Origin: Kiritimatiellia bacterium
Lineage (GTDB): Bacteria; Verrucomicrobiota; Kiritimatiellia; RFP12; UBA1067
Assembly (NCBI GenBank): GCA_017542055.1
Contig: JAFXXW010000009.1
Span: 2,204 to 66,203, forward strand
DNA length: 64,000 nt
Direction: 5' to 3'
Part shown: piece by piece, positions 37,606 to 45,011 of the stretch
How positions within the stretch are numbered: position 1 is the stretch's first letter
Layout: every line of letters starts with the position of its first letter
Program-made: the position numbers and the translations under genes
The notes under the pieces: model-generated
What the model saw: the letters and a program-made list of their open reading frames with translations, nothing else
What the model was told of the DNA's origin: nothing
The model's database searches: none

Positions 37606-38162
37606 TACTTCTTCTGGGTGGTGTCGTAGATGCCGAACTCGCCGCGGCGGTTCTTGGCCCAGGCCGATTCGTCATGACCTTCGACGGCCGGCTTTTCCTC
37701 GCCGAAGCTGCGCGTCTGGATGCGACCGGCGTCCACGCCGTTCTGCACCAGGTAGTTGCGGATGATGATGGCGCGGTTCTCGCCCAGCGACACGTTGTAC
37801 TCGTTGGATCCGCGCTCGTCGCAGTGGCCTTCCACCACCACCACGCGCTCGGTGCGGCTAGCGAGGTGCTGGGCCACTTCGTCGATCTTGCCCATTTCCT
37901 CGGCGGGAACCACCGTGGAATCGAAGCCGAAGTAGACCGGCGCGAAATCGACGTCGGTGCAGCGCGCATACATGTCCTCGAAGCGCTTTTCGGCCGCCAG
38001 GTCGTCCAGGCTGCCTTCGGTCAGATCGTCGGTCGTGCCGCCGATGTCGGTCATGGTGTTGGGGTCGTCACCCGCGCCCGCACCCGCCTTGTCGTACCGG
38101 CAACCGGTTACCGCGAGCGCCAGCGTAGCCGCGAAAACTGCCATCATCGTAGAAAACTTCAT
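37605..38162 (-). CDS. pal: OmpA-family peptidoglycan-associated lipoprotein (Pal-like)
   Basis: Lipobox LAVTGC, and an OmpA_C domain VVVVEGHCDERGSNEYNVSLGENRAIIIRNYLVQNGV. AAGGAG RBS. Confidence 0.75.
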   Translation of the reverse strand: MKFSTMMAVFAATLALAVTGCRYDKAGAGAGDDPNTMTDIGGTTDDLTEGSLDDLAAEKRFEDMYARCTDVDFAPVYFGFDSTVVPAEEMGKIDEVAQHLASRTERVVVVEGHCDERGSNEYNVSLGENRAIIIRNYLVQNGVDAGRIQTRSFGEEKPAVEGHDESAWAKNRRGEFGIYDTTQKK

Positions 38163-38199
38163 GTTGTTTACTCCTTTGGTTTTGAAATTGTTTAGTGAT

Positions 38200-38208
38200 A
38201 TTATATCA
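38200..38208 (-). promoter_or_regulatory. Extended -10 promoter element upstream of pal
   Basis: Minus strand reads aaaaaTGATATAATatcac. No convincing -35 at 17 nt (ATAGAC). It sits between the miaA stop (38218) and the pal start (38162), with a 37 nt leader carrying AAGGAG. Confidence 0.45.
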
Positions 38209-38217
38209 TTTTTGCGC

Positions 38218-38898
38218 TCAAATGTCTATAGTCCACGGACCTTTTTCTTTCCAGCAGCGCCGGACGCTGTCCACCGTGGGCTCCACGTAGAGGGGCGTCG
38301 CCTGGTGCCGGAACCAGGTGTCCTGACGCTTCGCCAGCTGGCAGGTGCGGGTCAGGATTTTGGCCTTGTCGTCCCCTTCGCGATAGCCGATGGCCAGCGC
38401 CGCCGTGCGCGACCAGACGGGATATTGCTGGCGCAAACGGGCTTTTTCCGCCTCCAGCCCCGCCATGAACATGTCGTCGAGCCGCGCGGCGATGCGCAAC
38501 CGGAGCGCGGCGCGGTCGATCCGGATCACGGGGTATTCCGGCGGAGGATTTTCCCATTTCCGGTCCAGTCCGCGCAGCAAGGCGGAGAAGTAGAGACCCG
38601 TCCCGCCCACGATCACCAATTTCTCCGTGCGCGCCAATCGGGAGGCCCACGCGCCTGCGGCCGCCAACCACTTGCCCGACGAAAATTCCTCGGCCGGCGT
38701 CACCAGATCCACCCCGCCCATGTCGAATTCGGCGCGTTCCTCGGGCGAAGGTTTGGCCGTTCCGATATCCATGCCCTTGTAGACCAGCATGGAGTCGGCG
38801 GAGAGAATCTTGGCGCCCAGCTCCCGCGCCAGCACCGCCGCGATGGCGCTCTTACCGCTGGCCGTGGGTCCGGCCAAGATATAGGCTTCGCGCTTCAT
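38218..38898 (-). CDS. miaA: tRNA dimethylallyltransferase-like protein (short, 226 aa)
   Basis: ILAGPTASGKSAIAAVLA (P-loop), ILSADSMLVYKGMDIGTAKP and VIVGGTGLYFSALLRGL. About 80-90 residues shorter than typical MiaA. Confidence 0.65.
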   Translation of the reverse strand: MKREAYILAGPTASGKSAIAAVLARELGAKILSADSMLVYKGMDIGTAKPSPEERAEFDMGGVDLVTPAEEFSSGKWLAAAGAWASRLARTEKLVIVGGTGLYFSALLRGLDRKWENPPPEYPVIRIDRAALRLRIAARLDDMFMAGLEAEKARLRQQYPVWSRTAALAIGYREGDDKAKILTRTCQLAKRQDTWFRHQATPLYVEPTVDSVRRCWKEKGPWTIDI

Positions 38899-39328
38899 GG
38901 AGCAGCATCAGCGCCGCCGCCACCGAGATGAGCGCGTCGGCCACGTTGAAACAGGGAAAGTGATGGACGCCCCAATGGCAATCGAACATGTCCACCACGT
39001 AGCCCCGGAAAATCCGGTCGAGGAGATTGCCCGCGATGCCGGCGTAGAGCATGGCGGGCACGAGAACGCCCTCGCCGAAAATCTTGCGCTGCTTCCACAC
39101 CAGGAAAGCCAGCGCCAGAAGGCCGAACGCCGCCAGCGGCCAAACCTGGCCCTGCAGCATACCCCAGGCGCAACCCCGGTTCTCCACGTACGCGAGATCG
39201 AACCACCCCGGAACAATTTGAATCGCCGCGACCGGCTTGAGCCGGACCACGGCGATTTCCTTGACCAGCTGGTCCACGAACGCCAGATTGAGCGCCAGGA
39301 CCAGCGCCGCGAGCCGGGCTTTGATCAA
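38852..39328 (-). CDS. lspA: Lipoprotein signal peptidase (signal peptidase II)
   Basis: AYVENRGCAWGML, GNLLDRIFRGYVVDMF and FNVADALISV are the LspA catalytic Asp motifs. TTG at 39328 forms a TTGA overlap with the dksA-like stop. The listed upstream extension overlaps that gene. Confidence 0.75.
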   Translation of the reverse strand: MIKARLAALVLALNLAFVDQLVKEIAVVRLKPVAAIQIVPGWFDLAYVENRGCAWGMLQGQVWPLAAFGLLALAFLVWKQRKIFGEGVLVPAMLYAGIAGNLLDRIFRGYVVDMFDCHWGVHHFPCFNVADALISVAAALMLLHEARSLYLGRTHGQR

Positions 39329-39882
39329 ACCCGGCCCTTCTCCATGGCGTTCTGGCACTCCATGCAGGTGGTGGCGAACGGCTGGTTCAAAAGCCGCGGC
39401 TTGCGGATCAGCTGGCCGCACGCCGTGCAGATGCCGTAGGTGCCGTCGTCGATGCGATGCAGCGCCTCTTCGATCTTCTGGATGATCGAATTGATGTTGC
39501 CCATCTGCCCGAGCGCCTGCAGCCGCAGCGTCTGGTTGGTGCCGTCGCCGCCGTCGGACTCGCGGTCGCCGCTTTCGTTGAAGCCGGTGGCCTTCATGGC
39601 CTCCACCCCGCTCATGGCCTCTTCGCGCGCCGCGAGGAGCAGCTTGCGGAACTCCTTGAGGTCGGCCGCCGGAAACTTGGTGGTGGCCTTGCCCTTTTCC
39701 GTGCGCGACTCCGGACGCTTGCTCAGCTTGATGCCGTTGTCGTCCTCTTCGCGGTTGTCGATGGCCACCGCCTCCGCCTTCTTCTCGGCGGCGATGCCCA
39801 TCACGAACTTGCGCGCCTCTTCGGGCGTCATCTGGCGTCCCGCCGGACGTTTCGGCGGCTGGGGTTTCACGGGTTTGTTCAT
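39325..39882 (-). CDS. DksA/TraR-family C4 zinc-finger protein with Lys/Glu-rich N-terminal extension
   Basis: Last 185 codons of ORF 39325..41610. ...IEEALHRIDDGTYGICTACGQLIRKPRLLNQPFATTCMECQ is the CxxC-N17-CxxC finger. ATG at 39882 forms an ATGA overlap with the greA-like stop. Confidence 0.7.
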   Translation of the reverse strand: MNKPVKPQPPKRPAGRQMTPEEARKFVMGIAAEKKAEAVAIDNREEDDNGIKLSKRPESRTEKGKATTKFPAADLKEFRKLLLAAREEAMSGVEAMKATGFNESGDRESDGGDGTNQTLRLQALGQMGNINSIIQKIEEALHRIDDGTYGICTACGQLIRKPRLLNQPFATTCMECQNAMEKGRV

Positions 39883-41888
39883 ATCTGCACTCCTTCCGGC
39901 AGTTTCATCCAGTTCTTGACCGCTTCGGTGAGCGGCGAAATAAGCTTGACGGTTCCGAACTTGACCTCGCCCTCCGCGCCGGGCAGCTCGAACTTGTCGC
40001 CCGCCTTCTTGCCCAGCATGTTCTCGGCCAGTTTGGCCCGCTGCGAGAGGATGCCCATCTCCACGTCGTTGTCCCATTCGCCCAGGATGGCGTAGGTTTT
40101 GCCGCCTTCCTCGGTCTGGATCGTCACCATCACGCCCGGCATCACCTCGTCGCAGGTGGCGTCGGCGAAATCGGAAGGCTTGACCGCCTCCAGATCGGCC
40201 TGCATCAGCGTCTGCTTCTGCATCAGCGCGCGCTGTTCGTCCTTGGCGTACTGGTATTCCGCGTTTTCCGACAGATCGCCGAAGCCCTTGGCGAATTCGA
40301 TCTTGCGGATGTTCTCGGGCATGTCTTCGTTGATGAGCTTCAGATATTCGCGCTTCTTGAGCCCGAAGCTGCGGAAACTGGTCACGCGCGGATATTCCTT
40401 CTTCTTCTCCGCCTTCACGACCAGCGCCTTGAGCGCCGGATTGATGCCGGTCATGCGCGTCAAAATCAGATGGTGCGAAGCCGACTCCCAGGTGAGCGAA
40501 GCCTGCAACCGCTCGAAGACAAGCCGCTGCTCTTCCGCGGCAAGATGGTCGAACATGGCCTTGAGCCAGTTCTTGTCCGCGAATAGCCGGTGTACGATGT
40601 TCTGCATCCGCAAGGTTTCGCCCGACTGCCGGCTTTCGCCCAACGCGATGGCGTGCATGATGAGCGTCGACAGCGGCGGCAGCTCGTCCCAGGCCTTGTA
40701 GTCGTCGTACTTGCCGATGACTAACGCCACGAGCGTGGCCGGCGCGTTGGGCAGTTTGAGCAGCGCGCCGATGGCCGCGCGGCAAGCCGGATCGTTGCCG
40801 AGTTCGCGGATGACCTCCTGCACCGCCGCGTAGCAAAGGTCGGGCAGATGCTTGTAGATGAGCGCCTTGGATTCGTCGCCGTCGGCCAGGAACCGGATGA
40901 GATTGCCCGTTTCGCCCGCCGGCAGCCCCGCCGCCGCCTCCACGAACCGGCTGCGCTCCTTGAGATAGGCGCGCATCTCCGCGGCCGGCGGCTCGGCGAA
41001 ACCGAGCGAGGTCACCATGCACGCCAAGCGGGCGTAGAGGGCGTCGTTGGACTTGCGCGCCGCCGTCAACGCGAACGCCAGCCGGCCGGCGAACAGCTTG
41101 GCCGTTTCTTCGTCCAGCTTCTTCTTGGCCGCCACGTATTCGCGCACCTTGAGCAGGATCTGCCCGGGATCGGTGATGTTGGCGAATTCGATGAACCAGC
41201 TGGTGCCGTACTTCTCCGCTTCGTCGCGCACGCGAATGGGATCGGTGCGCTTGACCGGAATCTGCACGCACTTGTCGGCGATGAGCTCCTTGCGCGCGGC
41301 GTTCCAGAAATCCTTCCACCCTTCCTTCTTGACGAAGCCGTTGGCGATGCAGATCTCCTCCAGCTTGTTCAGCGACGGCTCGGAATAGCTCTTGAGCACG
41401 CGCTTGACGAATTCGCCGCGCTTGGTCTGCAGCAGCGTGTCGAACGCGGCGCGATCGGCCTCCTTCAATACGAGAATATGGTCTTCCGGCGCCCGCACGA
41501 TGATGTCGCAAGCCGCCGCATACGAAAACTGATGGCCCTTCTTGACCGGGAAATCCACCACGATGCGCTGGTAGAAGTCGTCGATGCGCTTGACCTTGCC
41601 GAGACCCCACGCCTTGGAGAGCACCAGCGCGCCCTCCTCGAACGACAGCAGCTTCTCCAGCTTGGCGAAAGACTCTTCCAGCGGCAGCTTGCCGAACTCG
41701 GCGCTATCCAGAAACGAAAGGTACTTGCGCTCCTTGGTGGCTCCCTTGAGCGCGTCGCACACCCCCTCCGGCGACAGCACCTTGCCTATTTTCGCCAGGT
41801 TCTTGCGCACCAGTTCGTACGCCCCCGCAAAATCCTGCGCCTCCTTCAGCGCCGATAGTTCCGCCACCACACTGTCGATTTCTGCCAT
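39879..41888 (-). CDS. greA: Giant GreA-family transcript-cleavage factor (about 500 aa N-terminal extension + Gre domains)
   Basis: The C-terminal ~160 aa carry Gre motifs (GDLSENAEYQYAKDEQRALMQKQ coiled-coil tip, then an FKBP-like domain). ATG at 41888 has GGAG 7 nt upstream. The listed start 41906 is TTG. Confidence 0.7.
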   Translation of the reverse strand: MAEIDSVVAELSALKEAQDFAGAYELVRKNLAKIGKVLSPEGVCDALKGATKERKYLSFLDSAEFGKLPLEESFAKLEKLLSFEEGALVLSKAWGLGKVKRIDDFYQRIVVDFPVKKGHQFSYAAACDIIVRAPEDHILVLKEADRAAFDTLLQTKRGEFVKRVLKSYSEPSLNKLEEICIANGFVKKEGWKDFWNAARKELIADKCVQIPVKRTDPIRVRDEAEKYGTSWFIEFANITDPGQILLKVREYVAAKKKLDEETAKLFAGRLAFALTAARKSNDALYARLACMVTSLGFAEPPAAEMRAYLKERSRFVEAAAGLPAGETGNLIRFLADGDESKALIYKHLPDLCYAAVQEVIRELGNDPACRAAIGALLKLPNAPATLVALVIGKYDDYKAWDELPPLSTLIMHAIALGESRQSGETLRMQNIVHRLFADKNWLKAMFDHLAAEEQRLVFERLQASLTWESASHHLILTRMTGINPALKALVVKAEKKKEYPRVTSFRSFGLKKREYLKLINEDMPENIRKIEFAKGFGDLSENAEYQYAKDEQRALMQKQTLMQADLEAVKPSDFADATCDEVMPGVMVTIQTEEGGKTYAILGEWDNDVEMGILSQRAKLAENMLGKKAGDKFELPGAEGEVKFGTVKLISPLTEAVKNWMKLPEGVQI

Positions 41889-41922
41889 GCTAAAACTCCG
41901 TTTCAAAATTTCGTTGTCCCAT

Positions 41923-41952
41923 ATTATACCATATTCCGCCCCGAAAAGTCAA
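41923..41952 (-). promoter_or_regulatory. Sigma70-type promoter of the greA-dksA-lspA-miaA unit
   Basis: Minus strand reads tgcTTGACTtttcggggcggaatatggTATAATatg, with -35 TTGACT, an 18 nt spacer and TGG-extended TATAAT. Confidence 0.65.
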
Positions 41953-41968
41953 GCATAATCTTCGCGCG

Positions 41969-42583
41969 TCAGCGGGCGAAAAGGATATCGGGCGGAGGCG
42001 GCGCGGAAAATTCGCGTCCCGGCAGACCCAGCGTCACCGCATGCAGCAGGAGCCGGGCCGGCCGGACCGGACGCGACCGGTCCTTCTGCGCGCTGCCGTG
42101 GAGCGTGTCGCCCAGGATCGGATGGCCCAGACCCGCCGCATGGAGGCGGATCTGGTGCGTACGGCCCGTTTCGATGGTCCACTCCACCAGACTGATGCCG
42201 TCGTGCGCCGCGAGCACCTCGTAATGCGACCTGGCCGGGCGACCCTTGACGGGCGAGTCCACCGTGCCCCGGCGCGGCTTGGGCGTGCCGTGCATCACGG
42301 CGAGATACCGCTTGCGCACGTCCGCATGGCTTTCGAACAGCCGGCGCAATTTCAGATAAGTCGCCTGGTTTTTGGCCAGCACCATCACGCCGGAAGTTTC
42401 CCGGTCCAGCCGGTGCACCACCCCGGGACGATCCGCCGACCCCACGCTCCTCGCCGCCGGACAATGGCGGACAAACCAGTCCGTCACCGTCGGTTCGCCC
42501 GCGTGGCCGGGCGCGGCATGCACCAAAAGTCCGGCCGGCTTGTCCACCGCCACCAGATCCGCGTCCTCGAAAATCACTCGCAC
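41969..42583 (-). CDS. RluA-family pseudouridine synthase
   Basis: 204 aa. VAVDKPAGLLVH, HRLDRETSGVMVLAK (catalytic Asp motif) and TGRTHQIRLH. Confidence 0.75.
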   Translation of the reverse strand: MRVIFEDADLVAVDKPAGLLVHAAPGHAGEPTVTDWFVRHCPAARSVGSADRPGVVHRLDRETSGVMVLAKNQATYLKLRRLFESHADVRKRYLAVMHGTPKPRRGTVDSPVKGRPARSHYEVLAAHDGISLVEWTIETGRTHQIRLHAAGLGHPILGDTLHGSAQKDRSRPVRPARLLLHAVTLGLPGREFSAPPPPDILFAR

Positions 42584-43653
42584 GCCCCGTCCCTCCGCCG
42601 CAACTCCTCCACGATGGCGTACGCGCCCCGGTCCGGCCAGTTGGTGGCGTTGCGCAAAACTATCGTCACGCGCCGGCGATCCGGCTCGAAGGCCACGAAA
42701 CTGCTACCTCCGTAAATCATGCCGTGCCGGTAGTATACGGGCGTGCCGTCCTGGAGGTAATGGACGCGCAGAAGCCCCGCCACGCCCCCTTCCGACGCCT
42801 TGAGCGACCGCTCCGTCTCGTCGATCAGCCGCCAGAGCGCGTCGCTGTTGAACACCTTGGCCATGTCGGCCGCGCTCGAAAACATGCCGCCCGTCGCACG
42901 CAAGGCCGGACCCAGCCGGTTCTCCGGCACGGGCCGGCCGCGCCGCGTGTCCCACGGCAATCCCCCCGCCAGACAGGGCGTCAGGCGCGCCAGCATCTCC
43001 GGATGCGACTCCGGCTCGAAGGTGGTGTCGAGGAGTCCGTACGGCTCCACCAGATAAGCTTTCAGCAACTCTTCGCTCGACCGGCCGGTGACGTGCTCGA
43101 GACACATCCCCAAGAGCCCAAAGCCCATGTTGGAATAGCATTCGCCCCCCTCGGCCGCCATCCGGCGGTACCGCGCTTCCCACAGCCGCTCGACAAACGC
43201 CTCCGGCGTATCGTAGTCGCCGTAGATGTGGGTCCCGAACGCGCCGCAGTTGACCGCCTTGAAGACGAACAGCGCATCGTGGAATTCGCGCGGCAGTCCC
43301 GTGCGGTTGTGGAGGAGATCGTCCAGCGTCCAGCGGTCCCACTCGGGCGGCAACGCCATGGGGGCCGCCTCTTCCACCTTGGTCGACAGTTCCACCCCGC
43401 AACCCGTCACCACCGGATAGTACATGAGCTTGCCCAGCGACGCGATCCGGAAAAGGTCGTGCGCGCGGGTCTCGTCGGAATATTTTACGCCGTTGGCGTC
43501 CGCCACCGCCACCACGCAACCGGGATCGCCGAAGTCTTCGGTATAGAACTTCACCGTGCCCTGCAGCACGTCCGGTTCCGTCGCGAGCCGCTTTTCCAGC
43601 GACGCGCAACCGGCCCCAACCGCCAACGCCAAGAGCCAGAACCGCTTAGCCAT
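42574..43653 (-). CDS. Beta-lactamase-fold serine hydrolase lipoprotein
   Basis: Lipobox LAVGAGC. FRIASLGKLM is the SxxK motif, and the overall class-C beta-lactamase/esterase-like length is 359 aa. Confidence 0.6.
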   Translation of the reverse strand: MAKRFWLLALAVGAGCASLEKRLATEPDVLQGTVKFYTEDFGDPGCVVAVADANGVKYSDETRAHDLFRIASLGKLMYYPVVTGCGVELSTKVEEAAPMALPPEWDRWTLDDLLHNRTGLPREFHDALFVFKAVNCGAFGTHIYGDYDTPEAFVERLWEARYRRMAAEGGECYSNMGFGLLGMCLEHVTGRSSEELLKAYLVEPYGLLDTTFEPESHPEMLARLTPCLAGGLPWDTRRGRPVPENRLGPALRATGGMFSSAADMAKVFNSDALWRLIDETERSLKASEGGVAGLLRVHYLQDGTPVYYRHGMIYGGSSFVAFEPDRRRVTIVLRNATNWPDRGAYAIVEELRRRDGACE

Positions 43654-43945
43654 CGGGGAAAAGCCGGCTCAGGATGTCCTCGGCCGGAGTGCGCGCCCGC
43701 TTGGAATTGTTGCACTCCTTGCAGCAAGGCACGCAATTGCCTTTGGTGGACCGGCCGCCGCGCGCCACCGGAATCACGTGGTCCATCGTGAGATTGTCCG
43801 CCCCCACTTGCCGGCCGCAGTAATGGCACACGCCCTGCTGCAGCTGCGCGCGCCACCAGTCGGTCTGGCGAAGCGCGCGAGCTTTTTCGCGCTCGCGTTT
43901 GGAGTGGACCGGATCGGCGTCAAAGGGAATGTATTCGTCGCTCAT
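43646..43945 (-). CDS. Small HNH endonuclease-domain protein
   Basis: 99 aa. CHYCGRQVGADNLTMDHVIPVARGG...CVPCCKECNNSK is the HNH/zinc-ribbon signature. Confidence 0.65.
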   Translation of the reverse strand: MSDEYIPFDADPVHSKREREKARALRQTDWWRAQLQQGVCHYCGRQVGADNLTMDHVIPVARGGRSTKGNCVPCCKECNNSKRARTPAEDILSRLFPDG

Positions 43946-43954
43946 CGGGAAAAC

Positions 43955-44470
43955 TCAAATGGTGCAGTGATGGAGCGCGCGGCCGTCGAAATAGCCGAAA
44001 GACCGCGCGCTGCCGCCTTTGGGGAGCGAGATCGACCCCGGGTTGAACAGCCTTATTCCGCACTCCAGCATCCGGTTCTCCGGCACGTGGGTGTGGCCGT
44101 GCGCGAGCACCGTGCCCATCCCCGGCGGCGGCAGGCGGTATTCGTTGAACAGATGCCCGTGCGTGAGGAAGAATTTTTCCGTCCCCGCGTCCAGCACCTG
44201 ATACGGCCCGGAAATGGAAAAATCCAGCATCATCTGGTCCACTTCGGCATCGCAGTTGCCCCGCACCGCCACTATCTTTTCCTTGCGTTCGTTGAGGATT
44301 TCGGCCACTTTCACCGGATCGTAGAAGTTGGGCACGCCGTTGCGCGGGCCATGGTACAGCAAGTCCCCCAGGAGCACGAGTTTGTCGTACCCCAGTTTTT
44401 CGCCCGCCGACAACGCCGTCTCCAGCGTGGAGGGCACGCCGTGGATGTCGCTCAAAAACAGTATTCGCAT
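43955..44470 (-). CDS. YfcE/MJ0936-family metallophosphoesterase
   Basis: ATG at 44470. MRILFLSDIHG, GDLLYHGPRN, RGNCD and THGH are calcineurin-like metal-binding motifs. GAGGAAA RBS. Confidence 0.75.
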   Translation of the reverse strand: MRILFLSDIHGVPSTLETALSAGEKLGYDKLVLLGDLLYHGPRNGVPNFYDPVKVAEILNERKEKIVAVRGNCDAEVDQMMLDFSISGPYQVLDAGTEKFFLTHGHLFNEYRLPPPGMGTVLAHGHTHVPENRMLECGIRLFNPGSISLPKGGSARSFGYFDGRALHHCTI

Positions 44471-44498
44471 CTGCCGTTTCCTCGGTTGCTGATTGGAT

Positions 44499-44527
44499 AT
44501 TATATCAAAAATTCTTGAAAAAAACAA
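44499..44527 (-). promoter_or_regulatory. Sigma70-type promoter of the phosphoesterase-HNH-hydrolase-rluA unit
   Basis: Minus strand reads TTGTTTttttcaagaatttttgaTATAATatcc, with -35 TTGTTT, a 17 nt spacer and TGA-extended TATAAT. A 28 nt leader carries GAGGAAA. Confidence 0.6.
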
Positions 44528-44556
44528 TTGAAAACGCAAACAAAATTTGATATAAT
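44528..44556 (+). promoter_or_regulatory. Sigma70-type promoter of the CBM48 gene (divergent, back-to-back with the minus-strand promoter)
   Basis: Plus strand reads TTGAAAacgcaaacaaaatttgaTATAAT, with -35 TTGAAA (44528-44533), a 17 nt spacer and TGA-extended TATAAT (44551-44556). Confidence 0.65.
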
Positions 44557-44575
44557 ATTCCTATGTTCACGCGAG

Positions 44576-44626
44576 AAAAGGTTTTCGTGCGGACGCGAGA
44601 AGACAAAAAACCTTTTAGCAAAAGGG
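44576..44626 (+). promoter_or_regulatory. Candidate 5'-UTR switch: two mutually exclusive hairpins, one sequestering the SD
   Basis: AAAAGGTTTT (44576-85) is the perfect complement of AAAACCTTTT (44607-16). CCTTTT (44611-16) also pairs with AAAAGG (44620-25), which overlaps the only SD-like sequence, AAAGGG (44621-26), 10 nt before the ATG at 44637. Confidence 0.3.
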
Positions 44627-44636
44627 TACAAAACAA

Positions 44637-45002
44637 ATGAAGATCAAAGCGAAAAAGTGCGCTTGCGCGGAGGCCCCCAAGAAGGTGGTCGCCAAGAAGG
44701 CCGCTGCTCCCAAGGCCGAAAAGGCCCCCAAGGCGCCTGCCAAGCAGGCGGTCACGTTCACCGTTCACGCCGACGCCGGCAAGGCCGTCTTCGTGGCGGG
44801 CGAGTTCAACGGTTGGGATCCCACCGCCAAGAAGATGGCTTACAAGGCCCGTCAGGGCGTGTACGCCGCCGAGGTGAAGCTGGCTCCCGGCACCTACCAG
44901 TACAAGTACGTCATCGACGGCACCTGGTGCGCCGATCCGGAGAACGTCAACGCGGTCGCCAACGACCAGGGTACGTTCAACTCCGTGATCACCGTCAAGT
45001 AA
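44637..45002 (+). CDS. Small CBM48/AMPK-beta-type glycogen-binding-domain protein with Lys/Ala/Pro-rich basic N-terminal tail
   Basis: 121 aa. Tail KKCACAEAPKKVVAKKAAAPKAEKAPKAPAK, then VTFTVHADAGKAVFVAGEFNGWDPTAKKMAYKARQGVYAAEVKLAPGTYQYKYVIDGTWCADPEN. This is the only plus-strand gene in the first 53 kb. Confidence 0.7.
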   Translation: MKIKAKKCACAEAPKKVVAKKAAAPKAEKAPKAPAKQAVTFTVHADAGKAVFVAGEFNGWDPTAKKMAYKARQGVYAAEVKLAPGTYQYKYVIDGTWCADPENVNAVANDQGTFNSVITVK

Positions 45003-45011
45003 ACGGAAGCG

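Noticed and set aside
38216-38228. A -35 element for the pal promoter.
   Set aside because: At 17 nt the hexamer is ATAGAC. The only TTGA-like sequence (TTGAGC) gives a 10 nt spacer. Only the extended -10 is reported, with reduced confidence.
43646-43945. HNH endonuclease as a homing, mobile-element or defence-system marker.
   Set aside because: It is a 99 aa stand-alone HNH protein embedded by overlaps in a housekeeping-looking operon (phosphoesterase, serine hydrolase, RluA). No partner genes (methylase, ATPase, Cas, terminase), repeats or compositional anomaly are present.
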